Assembly: GCF_028641065.1 (NCBI RefSeq)
Contig: NW_026576674.1
Coordinates: 186,001 to 250,000 of the forward strand
Direction of reading: 5' to 3'
Length of the DNA stretch: 64,000 nt
Source of the DNA: Leucoraja erinacea
Taxonomy: Eukaryota
This document shows positions 24,315 to 37,488 of the stretch, piece by piece (position 1 is the stretch's first letter; the number at the start of each line of letters is the position of its first letter). The translations under genes were made by a program, and so were the position numbers. A model generated the notes under the pieces. That model ran no database searches, was not told the DNA's origin, and saw nothing but the letters and a program-made list of their open reading frames with translations.

Positions 24315-26603
24315 TGGAGGACATTTAAAGGGGAAATTTTAAGAGTACAGAATCTTTATGTTCCTGTTCGGTTGAAAGAAAACAGTAAAAATTGGAAAGA
24401 GCCCTGGTTTTCAAGGGAAATTGGACATCTTGTTCGGAAAAAGAGGGAGATCTACAATAATTATAGGCAGCATGAAGTAAATGAGGTGCTTGAGGAGTAT
24501 AAGGAATGTAAAAAGAATCTTAAGAAAGAAATTAGAAAAGCTAAAAGAAGACATGAGGTTGCTTTGGCAAGTAAGGTGAAAGTAAATCCAAAGGGTTTCT
24601 ACAGCTGTATTAATAGCAAAAGGATAACGAGGGATTGATTTGGTCCATTGGAGAGACAGAGTGGACAGCTATCTGCAGTGCCAAAAGAGATGGGGGAGAT
24701 ATTGAGCATTTTCTATTCTTCGGTATTCACCAAGGAGAAGGATATTAAATTATGTGAGGTAAGAAACTAGTAGAGTAGCCATAGATACTATGAGTTTCAA
24801 AGTAAAAGAAGTACTGACACTTTTGAAAAATATAAAAGTGGATAAGTCTCCAGGTCCTGACAGGATATTCCCTAGGACATTGAGGGAAGTTAGTATAGAA
24901 ATAGCCGGGGCTATGACAGAAATATTTCAAATGTCATTAGAAACGGGAATAGTCCCCGAGGATTGGCGTACTGCGCATAACCATATAACCATATTTAAAA
25001 AAGGGTTCTAAGACGGAAACATGCCATCTCGACCTTTCTAGTCCGGGCCGAACACATAATCTCCCCTAGTCCCATATATCTGCGCTCATATCACAACCCT
25101 CCATTCCCTTCCCATCCAACATATTTATCCAGGAAGGTCATTTTTGATAAAACGCGTGAATTTTTTCCATTGTTTTGGGGGTTCTAAGAGTAAACCAGTG
25201 GATGTTGTCTATATGACCTTAGTAAGGCCTTTGACAAGGTTTTTCAGGGCAAATTAATGGAAAATATACTTAGAGTTAATATATACAAGCATCTGGATAA
25301 ACAGGGTCTGATTTGGAACAGTCAACATGGATTTGTGCCAGGAAGGGCATGTTTGACTAATCTTCTTGAATTTTTTGAAGAGGTTACAAGGGAAATTGAC
25401 GAGGGTAAAGCAGTGGATATTGTCTATATGGACTTTAGTAAGGCCTTTGACAAGGTTCCTCATGGAAGGTTGGTTAAGAAGGTTCAACTGTTGGGTATAA
25501 ATGCAGGAGTAGCAAGATGGATTCAACAGTGGCTCAGTGGGAGACGCCAGAAGATAATGGTGGATGGCTGTTTGTCGGGTTGGAGGCAGGTGACTAGTGG
25601 GGTGCCTCAGGGATCTGTGTTGGGTCCTTTGTTGTTTGTCATGTACATCAATGATCTGGATGAAGGTGTGGTAAATTGGATTAGTCTGTATGCAGATGAT
25701 ACCAACATAGGGGGTGTTGTGGATAATAAAGAGGATTTCCAACGTCTACAGAGTGATTTAGGCCATTTGGAAGAATGGGCTGAAAGATGGCAGATGGAGT
25801 TTAATGCTGATAAATGTGAGGTGCTACACCTTGGCAGGATAAATCAAAATATGGTAAATTTACGGGAATTGAAGAATGCAGTTGAACAGAGGGATCTGGG
25901 AATAACCGTGCATAGTTCCTTGAAGGTGGAATCTCATATAGATAGGGTGGTAAAGAAAGCTTTTGGTATGCTAGCCTTTAGAAAGAGCATTGAGTATAGA
26001 AGCTGGGATGTAATGTTAAAATTGTACAATGCATTGGTGAGACCAAATCTGGAGTATGGTGTACAATTTTGGTCGCCCAGTTATAGGAAGGATGTCAACA
26101 AAATAGAGAGAGTATAGAGGAGATTTACTAGAATGTTGCCTGGGTTTCAACAACTAAGTTACAGAGAAAGGTTGAATAAGTTAGGTCTTTATTCTCTGGA
26201 GCGCAGAAGGTTAAGAGGGGACTTGATAGAGGTCTTTAAAATGATGAGAGGGATAGACAGAGTTGATGTGGACAAGCTTTTCCCTTTGAGAATAGGGAAG
26301 ATTCAAACAAGAGGACATGACTTCAGAATTAAAGGACAGAAGTTTAGGGGTAACATGAGGGGGAACTTCTTTACTCAGAGAGAGGTAGCGGTGTGGAATG
26401 AGCTTCCAGTGGAAGTGGTGGAGGCAGGTTCGTTGGTATCATTTAAAAATAAATTGGATAGGCATATGGATGAGAAGGGAATGGAGGGTTATGGTATGAG
26501 TGCAGGCAGGTGGGACTAAGGGAAAATAATTGTTCGGCGCGGACTTGTAGGGCCGAGATGGCCTGTTTCCGTGCTGTAATTGTTATATGGTTATATGGTT
26601 ATA
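24315..26603 (+). mobile_element. CR1 LINE (family A) with internal rearrangement at about 24978-25250
   Basis: RT motifs, 3' tail, and an inverted 3'-end piece inside. Confidence 0.93.
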
Positions 26604-26916
26604 AGTGCTGCTTTTTGGTTGAGGTCTCCATTTGATTTCTGAGGTAGTCCTTGCAGAATACTATAAAAAAAAACAACTGAGAATTTCTCCTTGGTATACT
26701 GTGGTCAATAACTATCCCCAATCAACACATAGAATAACTTGATTTATATATTTCTCATATATGTTGTTCATATTTCCCTCTGACCTCAGTCTTGGATAGT
26801 AGTCTGTGAACAGTCAGAAGCTGCGGTAAGTGCTGATATGTATATAAAGTGAGATCATAGATAGGGTGCATCATTCTACTTTTACATCTCAGCGATATTT
26901 TTTATTTCCAACACAG

Positions 26917-27035
26917 GTGTGAAAACATGCAGTTCCAGAGACCCGCCAGAGTTTCCATTCACCTCAGGCAAGATGATATCAGCGGCCCCTTTCAGTTCAA
27001 CCTGTGGAAACGGATGCTGAAGCTAATTAATCCAG
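26917..27035 (+). CDS. TRIM-type penultimate exon (CENMQFQRPARVSIHLRQDDISGPFQFNLWKRMLKLINP)
   Basis: Acceptor ttttttatttccaacacag|, donor CCAG|GTAAAC; 119 nt, phase 2-1; GP.Q...WK.M...I.P motif that precedes PRY in TRIM proteins. Confidence 0.82.
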
Positions 27036-28254
27036 GTAAACGTATCTTCCGGTAGCGTCGAGGAATTATGGTGAATGCAATATGGAGAGAGATTTTGATA
27101 GAGGTTTGAGAAAAAAATGACACTTTTGTCGAGTCTGAAGAAAGGTTTTGTCCTGAAACGTCACCTGTTCCTTTTATCCAGAGATGCTGCCTGAACCGCT
27201 GAGTTACTCCAGCTTATTGTGTCTATCTTCAGTGTAAATTACCACCTGCAGGTCCATCCTATACATTTGGGCCGGGCCAGCCCACGGATTCAATAGCGAT
27301 ACACCAGATATGTAACACAGCTGGTAATCCTGGGGCCTGAACTAACAGTTTAAAGATCTGAGTTCAGTACAGTACAGAAGCAGACCCTTTGACCCACAAT
27401 GTCCATGCTGTAAATGATGCCTAGATAAACTAATCTCCTCTGCCTGAAACTTATACCTCCATTCTCTGCATATCCATGTGCCTCTCTCAAAGCCTCATGA
27501 ATCCCACTATTGTGTCTGCCTCCACCATCTCACCCGGCAACAATACTCCAGGCACCCTCTGTGTTAAAACAACTTACCCCGTACATATTGTTAAACTTCA
27601 TCCCTCTCACCTTAAAGCCACGTCCTGTGGTCGTCCACATTTTCACCCTGGGGGAAACAAGGTTATGAATGTCTACCCTCTCTCTACCTTGCATCATTTT
27701 AACCATTGCTACCAGCTTCCCATCACACTATGGAAACAGTGCAATTTAAATTCAGTTCATAATTTGGAATTTAGCAACAACTGACCTCCATTAAGATGAC
27801 CACAAAAAATCCAGATTGTGCTAAAATCTCTTCTGCTTCATTGATGCCCCTCAGCACAGTAGATCTACCATCCTTATCCAGCTTTCGTGACGCCAGACTG
27901 ACTACTGTGGTTCAAATGAGAAAGTGCAGCAGCAACTCACTGGGTCAGCGGCAGCTGTGGAGGAAATGGACAGGTGCCGTTTCTGGTCAGGACCCTTCAT
28001 CAGACTAGTTCAGACTGATTCAACTAGTCTGTAGAAGTTTCACATTCTGAAACAATGCTTGTACATTCCCTTCACAAATGTTGTCTCACCTGCTCAGTTC
28101 CTCCAGTACTCTGTGCTCGGGTCAACATTCCAGCATCTGTTGTTCCTTGTCTGGATGGTTCCTAAATGCTGTGTGAGATGCTCTAGTAATGGGCAGTAAA
28201 TGCTGGCCTGAACAGCAATGCCGGAGTCGGTGAAATCCGCGATGCAGTCATTGA

Positions 28255-28562
28255 CACTGTCACAGCTGGTAAGGCAGATGCCTCACAGCGCCAGAGACCC
28301 GGGTTCGACCCTGTCCTCATCTGCTGTCTGTGTGGAGTTTGTACGTTCTCCCTGTGACCACATGAGTTTCCTCCATCTGCGCTGGTTTCCTCCCACATCC
28401 CACAGACGTGCAGGTTTGTAGGCTCGTTGACCTCTACACATTACCGTTAGTTTGTAGTGAATGGATGAGAAAGTGGGATAACTAGAATTAGTGTGAACGG
28501 GTGATCGATGGTCTGCATGGACACGGCGGGTCAAAGGTCAATTTCCATGCTGTATCTCTTTA
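28255..28562 (+). mobile_element. tRNA-derived SINE (HE1/V-SINE-like)
   Basis: cacagcgccagagacccgggttcga and gtgtggagtttgtacgttctcc. Confidence 0.85.
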
Positions 28563-28797
28563 ACCTCTACGCTGTTGCAAGGTTATGTCAGTGAGTGAGC
28601 GATAGAGTCACATCAGCGCTCCCCCATCCTCCAAGTCTTGTTCCTCAATGGAGGGAAGTGGGGAGAGAAGGCAGGCGGGAATGCCTGGTAAATAATGGCT
28701 ATTCCTGATAGTATAGAAGATATTTACATCTAGATAGTTTAGGATTAGAAAGGGTAGACAGTCAGCACCTTTAAGAGTTTGAAAGTAGTTTGTCGTG

Positions 28798-28834
<37 letters not shown>

Positions 28835-28869
28835 ACCCTCTTCACCTATATCCACCTATCACCAGGGCT

Positions 28870-29155
28870 GCATGGTGGGGCAGCAGTACAGTCCAGAGTC
28901 CCGGGTTCGATCCTGACTACGGGTGCTGTCTGTATATAGTGTGTACATTCTCCCTGTGACAACGTGGAGTTTTCTGCGGGTGCTCCGGTTTCCAACCGCA
29001 TTACAAAGACGTGCAGGTGTGTAGCTTAATTGTATTGTGTAAATTGTCCCTAGTGTGTAGGATGGAACTAGTACGGGTGACCAGTGGTTGGCGTGGACTC
29101 GTTGAGCCGAAGGGCCTGTTTCCACGATGTATCTCTAAAATAGACTAAACTAAAT
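28870..29155 (+). mobile_element. tRNA-derived SINE (HE1/V-SINE-like)
   Basis: B-box ggttcgatcc and tail shared with the other copies. Confidence 0.8.
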
Positions 29156-29468
29156 CACTTGCTAGGCTCTGCGCCATTCCACCTCTCTCTTCCAGCCAGC
29201 GGGCGTAACTGAATGGTGAGAGGGGCAACATTTAAAGGTGACGCGCGGGCCAAATGTTTTACACAGCGGGTGGTGGGTACCTGGAATCTGCTGCTAGCTT
29301 TGGTGGAGACAGATGTGACAGTGGTGTGTTGGATGTGCACATGGATATGTAGGGATATGGGTAACGTGTAGGCGGAGAAGCTTAGTTGAACTTGGCCTCA
29401 TGTTCAGCATGAATACATAGACAGTTCTTGTGCTGTACTGCTATATGTTCTAAATGTGATATGTTTAT

Positions 29469-29781
29469 GGCGGCACAGTGGTAGAGGTGCTGCCTTACAG
29501 CGCTTGCAGCGCCACAGACCCGGGTCCGATCCCGACTACGGGTGCTGTCTGTACGGAGTTTGTACGTTCTTCCCGTGACCGCGTGGGTTTTCTCCGAGAT
29601 CTTCGGTTTCCTCCCACACAACAAAGATGTACAGGTTTGTAGGTTAATTGGCTTCGTGTATGTGTAAAATTATTCCTAGTGTGTGCAGGATAGTGTTAAT
29701 GTGCGGGGATCGCTGGTCAACGCGGACTCGATGGGCTGAAGGGCCTGTTTCAGCGCCACATCTCCAAACTGAACTAAACTG
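29469..29781 (+). mobile_element. tRNA-derived SINE (HE1/V-SINE-like), full length
   Basis: A-box-like ggcacagtgg, B-box, central domain and (AACTA)n-like tail. Confidence 0.87.
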
Positions 29782-29875
29782 AAGAGAAAACAGGTAATGT
29801 TTCAGATCTGCGGCCTGTGTTCAGAACTGAGCAAAAAGAAAGCGGCATCTTGTAACATTTCCCACTTTTATTTTA

Positions 29876-30126
29876 AATAATAATAATAATAATAATACAT
29901 TTTATTTTTGGGCGCCTTTCAAAAATCCCAAGGACACCTTACAGAGATTAACAAGAATAAGAAAACATATAATCGGAATAAAATAAATAATAAAGACAGC
30001 ACAAAAACACAAATTAAAAACAGAATTCAATCCAAAGACAAAAAAATCAAAAACACAATGTGAAGAGAGAGCAGCGGCAGCTAAAGCGCGCCAACGTCCA
30101 CTCTCCCTTCCGACAGCCATCTTGGA
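29876..30126 (-). mobile_element. Second copy of the short TCCAAGATGGCTG-start element with (TTA)n tail
   Basis: Highly similar to 21361-21618 with the same 5' boundary. Confidence 0.75.
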
Positions 30127-30262
30127 TATCCAGCATTTGCAGTTTATTTTTACATTTTCATTTACTGTGCATGAATGTATATTGACCAACCACTGAATTT
30201 GTCAAAATGTTTGATTGGCAAATCGCGTGGATTCACCATCCAGACTTTTTTCTCCTCTTCAG

Positions 30263-30786
30263 TCCCAGTCAAACTGAAGCTGAATCCGGACACTGCGCAT
30301 CCGAGACTCATCCTGTCCAGTGACCTGACATCCATCAGGCTTGGTGCTAAACAGAAGGTGCCTGACAAACCAGAGCGATTTGTACAGTGGCACGGTGTCC
30401 TGGCATCTCAGGGCTTCAATACTGGGAGCCAGTACTGGGAGGTCGAGGTCGGAAGGAACACCATGTGGAGTGTGGGAGTGGTAAAAGCATCGGTATTGAG
30501 GAAAGCGGAGTTCGCACCGGAACCAAAATCCGGTGCCTGGGTATTGTGGCGTCTGGGAGAGGTATATACCACTATGTCTTCACCACGTACTGCCCTTCCT
30601 GTTCCAGTCAAACCCCAGAGATTGGGCATCTACCTGAACTATGAGGCTGGCCAGGTGACACTGTACAATGCTGATGACATGTCACATCTGTACACATTCA
30701 GCGACAAATTCACTGAGAAACTCTATCCTTTCTTCTTAACGGGTTGCAACATTGATTCATTGCAAATACTCCACTTGCATATATAG
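30263..30786 (+). CDS. PRY-SPRY (B30.2) terminal exon of a TRIM-like gene
   Basis: Acceptor tttttctcctcttcag|; LNPDTAHPRLILS, PDKPERF, YWEVEV, WSVGV, GIYLNYEAGQVTLYN and LYPFF motifs; open to TAG at 30784-30786. Confidence 0.92.
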
Positions 30787-31059
30787 GTTTATTTGGTGAA
30801 CGTGGGGCCAGCCTTTATAGGGAGACATTTGAAACGTCCCTACTTCCAAGAGTTATCAATGTTAAACACTGCTAAGAGTCCAACACTGTCTCTATCTGTA
30901 AGCTGCTATTAATAGTGTTTTACTCCATTTTTAGATATTTATATCCCCATCTGCTAAAATTCCTGAGTCAAACACCTCTATCACATTCTTATGCATTAAA
31001 TTGCCCTCACTACCCATCTTTTTGGCCAATCAACACTGAATTCACCCATCTTCTTTTGT

Positions 31060-32655
31060 GGACAGGTGACCTCGGGTGACGGAGGTAGTGAATGAAATCC
31101 ACATTAGGCAGGAAATGGTGGGATTGATTGAAGGTCTGCACCCCAGGGTACTTAAGGAAGTGGCTCCAGAAATCATGGATGCATTGGTGATCATTTTCCA
31201 ATGTTTTATAGATTCAGGATCAGTCCTGTGGATTGGAGGGTAGCTAATGATAGCCCACTTTATAAGAAAGGAGGGAGAGAGAAAACAGGGAATTATAGAC
31301 CAGTTTGCCTGACATCAGTGGTGGGGAAGATGTTGGAGTCAATCACAAAAGATGAAATAGCGGCACATTTGGATCACAATAACATGATCGGTCCGGGTCA
31401 GTATGGATTTACGAAGGGGAAATCATGTGTGACTAATCTGGAATTTTTTGAGGATGTAACTAGGAGAATTGGCAAGGGGGAGACTATGTATATGGTGCAT
31501 CTGGACTTTCAGAAAGCCCTTGATAAGGCCCCACACAGGAGATTAGTGGGCAAAATTAGAGCACATGGTAATGGGGGTAAGGTACTGACATGGATAGAAA
31601 ATTGGTTGCCAGACAGGAAACAAAGGGTAGGGATAAACGGGTCCCTTTCAGAATGGCAGGCAGTGACTAGTGGGATACTGCAAGGCTTGATGCTGGGACC
31701 ACAGCTATTTACAATATACCTAAATGATTTAGATGAAGGGATTAGCAAATTTGCAGATGACACAAAGCTGGGTGGCAGTGTGAACTGTGAGGAGGATGCT
31801 ATGCGGATGCAAGGTGACTTGGGCAAGTTGGGTGAGTGGGCAGATGCATGACAGATGCAGTTTAATGTGGATAAAAGGGAGGTTATCCACTTTGCAGGCA
31901 AGAACAGGAAAGCAGATTATTATCTGAATGGTGTCATGTTAGGAAAAGGGGAAGTACAATGTGATGTGGGCGTTCATCAGTCTATGAAAGTAAGCATGCA
32001 GGTACAGCAGGCAGTGAAGAAACCTAATGGCATGTTGGCCTTCATAACACGAGGAGTTGAGTATCGGAGAAAAGAGGTCCTTCTACAGTTGTACAGGGCC
32101 CTAGTGATACCACACCTGGAGTATTGTGTGCAGTTTTTGGTCTACAAATTTGAGGAAGGATATTTTTGCTATTGAGTGAGTGCAGTGTAGGTTCACGAGG
32201 TTAATTCCCGGGATGGCGAGACAGTCATATGTTGAATAATGGAGCAACTGGGCTTGTATACACTGGATTGAGAAGGATGAGAGGATATCTTATTGAAACA
32301 TATAAGATTATTAAGGGATTGGGCATGCTAGAGGCAGGCAACATGTTCCCGATGTTGGAGGAGTCCAGAACCAGGGCACACAGTTCAAGAATAAGGGGTA
32401 GGCCATTTGAAAAAAACTTTTCTCACCCCGAGAGTTGTGAAGCTATGGAATTTTCTGCCTCAGAAGGCGGTGGAGGCCAATTCTCTGGATGCTTTAATGA
32501 GAGAGATCGATAGAGCTCATAAAGATAGCGGAGTCAAGGATATGGGGAGAAGGCAGGAACGGGGTACTGATTGTGGATGATCAGCCATTATCACAGTGAA
32601 TGGCAATGTTGGTTTGAAGGGTCGAATGGCCTACTCCTGCACCTATTATCTACTG
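31060..32655 (+). mobile_element. CR1 LINE (family B), RT to 3' end, degraded
   Basis: NYRPVCLTSVVGK, SKFADDTKLGG and 3' gaatggcctactcctgcacc. Confidence 0.92.
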
Positions 32656-32989
32656 TTCCAATTTTTCTCAACTTAATTCTACACAAAATTCTGGAATGCT
32701 GATAAAAGATCAGCAAATCTATCGGCTTCAAAGCCAATTATAAGAAGTTAACGCGAAGGAGACTTCACAGGGAAGAAGGCTATGAAGCACATTATAAAAA
32801 GTTAAATGTGAAGAAAATGTTCATAACTTCTGATATTGAGGATACTATGTTCTTAAGCGTGTGTGTACTGGTGATCACAAGTCGGAATTAACTCTATGGG
32901 CCGAAGGGCCTGTTTCCATGCTATATTATTTAATTCAATTCAATAAATCATCTGCAACTTAGTCTAGGTTTTGTCCAAATGAAACACTG

Positions 32990-33240
32990 GCCACACAGTG
33001 GTGGAGCAGTAGAGTTGCTGCTTTACAGCGCCAGAGAGCCAAGTTCAATCCTGATTAGAGGTGCTGACTGTCTGGAGTTTATACATTCTCCCTCCAGTCT
33101 CTTTCCACATATCAGTGAAGTGCAGGTTTGTAGGTTTATTGGCCTCCAAATTGTCCCTAGTGTGTAGGATAGAACTAGTGTATGGGTGATGGTGTTCGGT
33201 ATGGACTGATTACACGCTGTATCTCTAAACTCATCTAAAC
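32990..33240 (+). mobile_element. tRNA-derived SINE, diverged
   Basis: ttacagcgccagaga and ggagtttatacattctcc. Confidence 0.75.
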
Positions 33241-33619
33241 ACATTTCTCCATATTTCATTTGTAAATTCAGAGTTCATTCTGATAACGTACCAATGGCTC
33301 TTTAAACTGGTTGGAAAATCCTCCTCATAGTTTAGCATATTAATTTCAAAGGAAGGCTTTGAAATTTGACATGAGCAAATAAATCTACAAATTAATTTCT
33401 TCTTTGCGTTTGCTCATGTTATCCAATTTGGTGACCGTGGTGCAAAATTAACTGGCAATCTTGCCTAGTAACTATTTCATTTGTCATTCAAAAAACCTAT
33501 GTCTGCATGTGAAGGAACAATACATCAATAGAATGTAAACTATGAACAGATTTATCAATAACTGCATAATATCAGTTGCATTCGTTGCTTTCAAGTCTGG
33601 GAACAATTGTTTTAGACAT

Positions 33620-34550
33620 TGAACATAGAAAATAGGTGCAGGAGGAGGCCATTTGGCCCTTCAAGCCTGCACCGTCTTTCATTTTGATCATGGCTGATCA
33701 TCCACAATCAGTAAACCGTGCCTGCCTTCTCCCCATATCCCTTGATTCCGCTAGCCCCTGGAGCTCTATCTAACTGTTTTAAATTCATTCAGTGAATTGA
33801 CCTCCACTGCCTTCTGTGGCAGAGAATCCTAAATTCACAACTCTGGGTGAAAACGTTTTTTCTCAGCTCAGTTTTAAATAGCCTCCCCTTTATTCTTGGA
33901 CTGTGGCTCTGGTTCTGGACTCCCCCATCATTGGGAAGTTTTTTTCTGCATCTAGCAGGTCCAGTCCTTTTATAATTTTATACATTTCTATAAGATCTCA
34001 TCCTAAATTCCAGTGAATGCAATCCCACTCTTTCCAATATTTCCTCATATGACAGTCCCGCCATCCCGGGGATTAACCTCGTGAATCTGCGCTGCACTTC
34101 TTCAATAGTTAGGAGACGGAAACTGCACACAATACTCCAGATGTTGTCCCACCGGAGTCTGTGCAACTGCAGATGGACGTCTTCAGTCCTATACTCAAAT
34201 TCTCTCGTTATGATGGCCAACATGCCATTGGGTTTCTTCACTGCCTGCTGTACCTGCATGTTTACTTACAGTAACTGGTGTACAATGATACCCAGGTCAC
34301 ATTGCACTTCACTTTTTCCTAATCTGACACCATTGAGATAATATTCTGTCTCCTTGATCTTGCCGCCAAAGTGGATAACCTCTCATTTATCTACATTATA
34401 ATGCATCTGCGCACTCACTAAACCTGTCCAAGTCACTCTGCAACCTCCTAGCATCCTCTTCGCAGTTCACACTGCACCAGCTTCGTGTCATCTGCAAATT
34501 ATCTATTGTTAAATTTAATCCCATCATCTAAATCATTAATATATATTGTA
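33620..34550 (-). mobile_element. CR1 LINE (family B) 3' part
   Basis: Minus-strand MQVQQAVKKPNGML; 3' tail catagaaaataggtgcagg. Confidence 0.9.
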
Positions 34551-34949
34551 TAATACAATTAATTCAAAATAAATGCTTTAGAACTGCCTGTTCAATTTCA
34601 CTTAATTTTATTAAATAATGGTTTGCAATAATTAGTTGTTTCTTCTTTACTACAATTTAACTATAAATAAAATGTATATATAATCGATTCTTCACATCCA
34701 TAACCTAAATGTTGATTTATTTCATTTCAGTTACCGCGCAAATAAAGGTCAACAAAACTGGAGGTTTTAAGCTAATTAAATAGTTACTATGCAAACCTTT
34801 TATTTTTTTATTTTGACAGAGCCGATATTTCTGTCCTTTTTTCAAAACTATAGTTCATGTGTGCAGATATTTCTCATGACTTGCTGTTAAATTCAAAATC
34901 AGATGCTAATTACAGAATATACAAATTAATGGACAACAGTTTTTGCTGC

Positions 34950-35230
34950 TGCACAGTGGTGCAGCTGGTGGAGCCTCTGCCTCATAGTGCCAGAGACCCA
35001 GGTGGAATCCTGACCTTGGTGCTGACTGTGTGGAGGTTGCACGTTCACCCTGTGATTGTGTGGGTGCTCCGGTTTTTTTCAAATAATCTAAAGACATGCG
35101 GTTTGTAGGTTAATAAAATTGTCCTCATTGTGTAGGGTATGGGTGCCAAGGTGAGATAACATACAACTAGTGTAATTGATAGTTGGCATAGACACAGTGG
35201 GCTTCTGTTGTTTCTGTATAATCAATCAAC
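34950..35230 (+). mobile_element. tRNA-derived SINE, diverged
   Basis: gcacagtggtgcagctgg...gtgtggaggttgcacgttc. Confidence 0.72.
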
Positions 35231-36044
35231 TAACAGCCCACTTAGGTGAGCAGTGGGGTTGGTGAAAAACAAGGAGAATATTCCTTAAATATTACTTAAA
35301 TTCATTAACTTTGTTGATGTAGAGACCTGCTCCTCATTCTCCATAAGCAGAGAGTCAAGAGTCAAGACATTGTCATATGTCCCAGATAGGACAATTAAAT
35401 TCTTGCTTGCTGCAGCACAACACAATAGTGTAAGCACAATACAGAACAGAACAGTTCAGAAGCAGGCCTAAAGAAATTGTACACTGACCCCGCATGAAAA
35501 AGTGCGATGTTATGGCGCCATTTACAAAGTCCAGTGCGCTCTAGTTCTTATGAGCGGTGACCGATCCAGGCGAGCCCCAGGCTGCCGCGATCCTTCAGCC
35601 ATCGGCATCCAGGATGTGATATCCCTCTGCCCGCCCGTCTACCTCCCTGCAGACAACCGTCCGCCGGATCAAACGACCGTTAAACGGCTCGGCGGCTTCC
35701 CGCCCTAGGCCGCGTCGTGCTGGCAGCTTCTGCCGCGCTCCCAGAATGGATTACATGGGATGTGAATCGGAAAGACATGGGGCTCGTTTTCAGATTCAGT
35801 GGGTTTAATTCCAACAGCTTTGTATTCTACAACGGAGTACACTTTATGTAAATATTACTCTATGCTAATATTTCTATTTCACAATAGTACACAAACATGG
35901 AATAGGTGGGTTACAGGTAAACAAGATGTACGGGATATGAATGTTCCATTTTTAATATATTATAAGAAAGAGGAGGTCACAGTTGACTGGTTTAGAACGG
36001 GAGCGAGGCGCGCTGATAGTGAACACGAAAGGACTAGTTTAGTT

Positions 36045-36700
36045 TACGATAGTCACGTGTACTGAGGTACCGTGAAAACCCTTTGTTTACTTGCTATCCA
36101 GCCAGTGAAAGGACTAGACATCGTTTCAGCCAAGTCGTCCAGAGTGACACAGGATGAAGGGAATAATGTTTAGTGTGAGATAAAGTCCGATTAAAGTGGT
36201 CTGGGGGACTTCAATGAGGTAGGTGGTGGGTCAGGATCGCTCTGCAGGAGGTTGGTTCGTTTACCTGGTAACAGCTGGAGAGAAACTATTCGTGAGTCTG
36301 GGGGTGTGCGTGTTCACACTTCTGTACCTCTTCCGTGATGGGAGCGGGGAGAAGAGCGAATGAGCAGAGTGAGAGACGTCCTTCATCATAATGTGTGTTC
36401 TTGCCGAGGCAGCGTGAAGCATAAATGGAGTCAATGGAAAGTAGGGTGCTTTGCGGGATGGTCTTGGCCAACGTCCACAGCTCTCTGCAATGTCTTGCTG
36501 TCATAGATGGAGCTGTTTCATCAATGCGTTGATGCTTCCTGTGAACAAGCTGTCTCTGACGTGTATCTGTAGATGTTGGCGAGAGTTGTTGGTGTGCTTT
36601 CTTGGTCAATACTTGGATATGGCTAGTCCAGGACAAATAGTTGGCGAGATATACTCCTCAGGACTTGAAGCTTTCATCTGCCTCCACAACGGCGCTCCAA
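36045..36700 (-). mobile_element. Degraded Rex1-like LINE 3' fragment
   Basis: Minus-strand LSWTSHI..TKKAHQ and SIDSIYASRCLGK motifs. Confidence 0.7.
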
Positions 36701-36726
36701 TTCAGACTAGATATGTACCTGGTCCG

Positions 36727-37119
36727 CACACCGCCTCGCTATCTGTACTCGAGTGTGTACACCGCCTCGCTATCTGTACTCGAGTGTGTACACCGCCTCG
36801 CGATCTGTGCTCGAGTGTGTACACCGCCTCGCGATCTGTACTCGAGTGTGTACACCGCCTCGCAATCTGTACTCGAGTGTGTACACCGCCTCGCTATCTG
36901 TGCTCGAGTGTGTACACCACCTCGCAATCTGTACTCGAGTGTGTACGCCGCCTCGCTATCTGTACTCGAGTGTGTACACCGCCTCGCAATCTGTACTCGA
37001 GTGTGTACGCCGCCTCGCTATCTGAAGCCGAGTGTGTACACCGCCTCGCTATCTGTGCTCGAGTGTGTACACCACCTCGCTATCTGAAGCCGAGTGTGTA
37101 CACCGCCTCGCTATCTGTA
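36727..37119. repeat. 31-bp tandem minisatellite, about 12.7 copies
   Basis: Unit ACCGCCTCGCTATCTGTACTCGAGTGTGTAC repeated head to tail with point variants and no spacers. Confidence 0.97.
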
Positions 37120-37488
37120 GTCGATCACACGTTTTACTTCGGCACACTGCTAAGGAATAAGAATGTCTTCAATGCAGGTATACTTTGAGGAGAGGTGAGG
37201 GATATTCCAGAGCGCGTGGTACTCAGACGCATCCGCTCCGCAGACGACTCGTTGCGGAATCGGTAAATTAGCGGGGGTAATGAACTACGGCGCATTTCTC
37301 TACTGACTCATATATGAAATATATTAGACAATTATATGAACGGAACTGTAACGAGTTGTCGGCGTAGGTTAAAACAAGTCAGCAGGTGACAGTCTCGTGT
37401 TCATTGAGTAATTTTCTGTTGAAATGAGGATCTGCAGTTGTGTGAAGGAATAGGGGCCACCGTGACCTTACAGTCGCCAGCTCTAGTG

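Noticed and set aside
29469-29545. tRNA genes at SINE heads
   Set aside because: A/B boxes continue into the SINE body and CR1-like tail, with no complete cloverleaf
36451-37188. CRISPR-like array, or Cys/His-rich repeat proteins in three frames
   Set aside because: Units are contiguous with no unique spacers, there are no cas genes and the context is vertebrate; the ORFs are by-products of a stop-free 31-bp repeat
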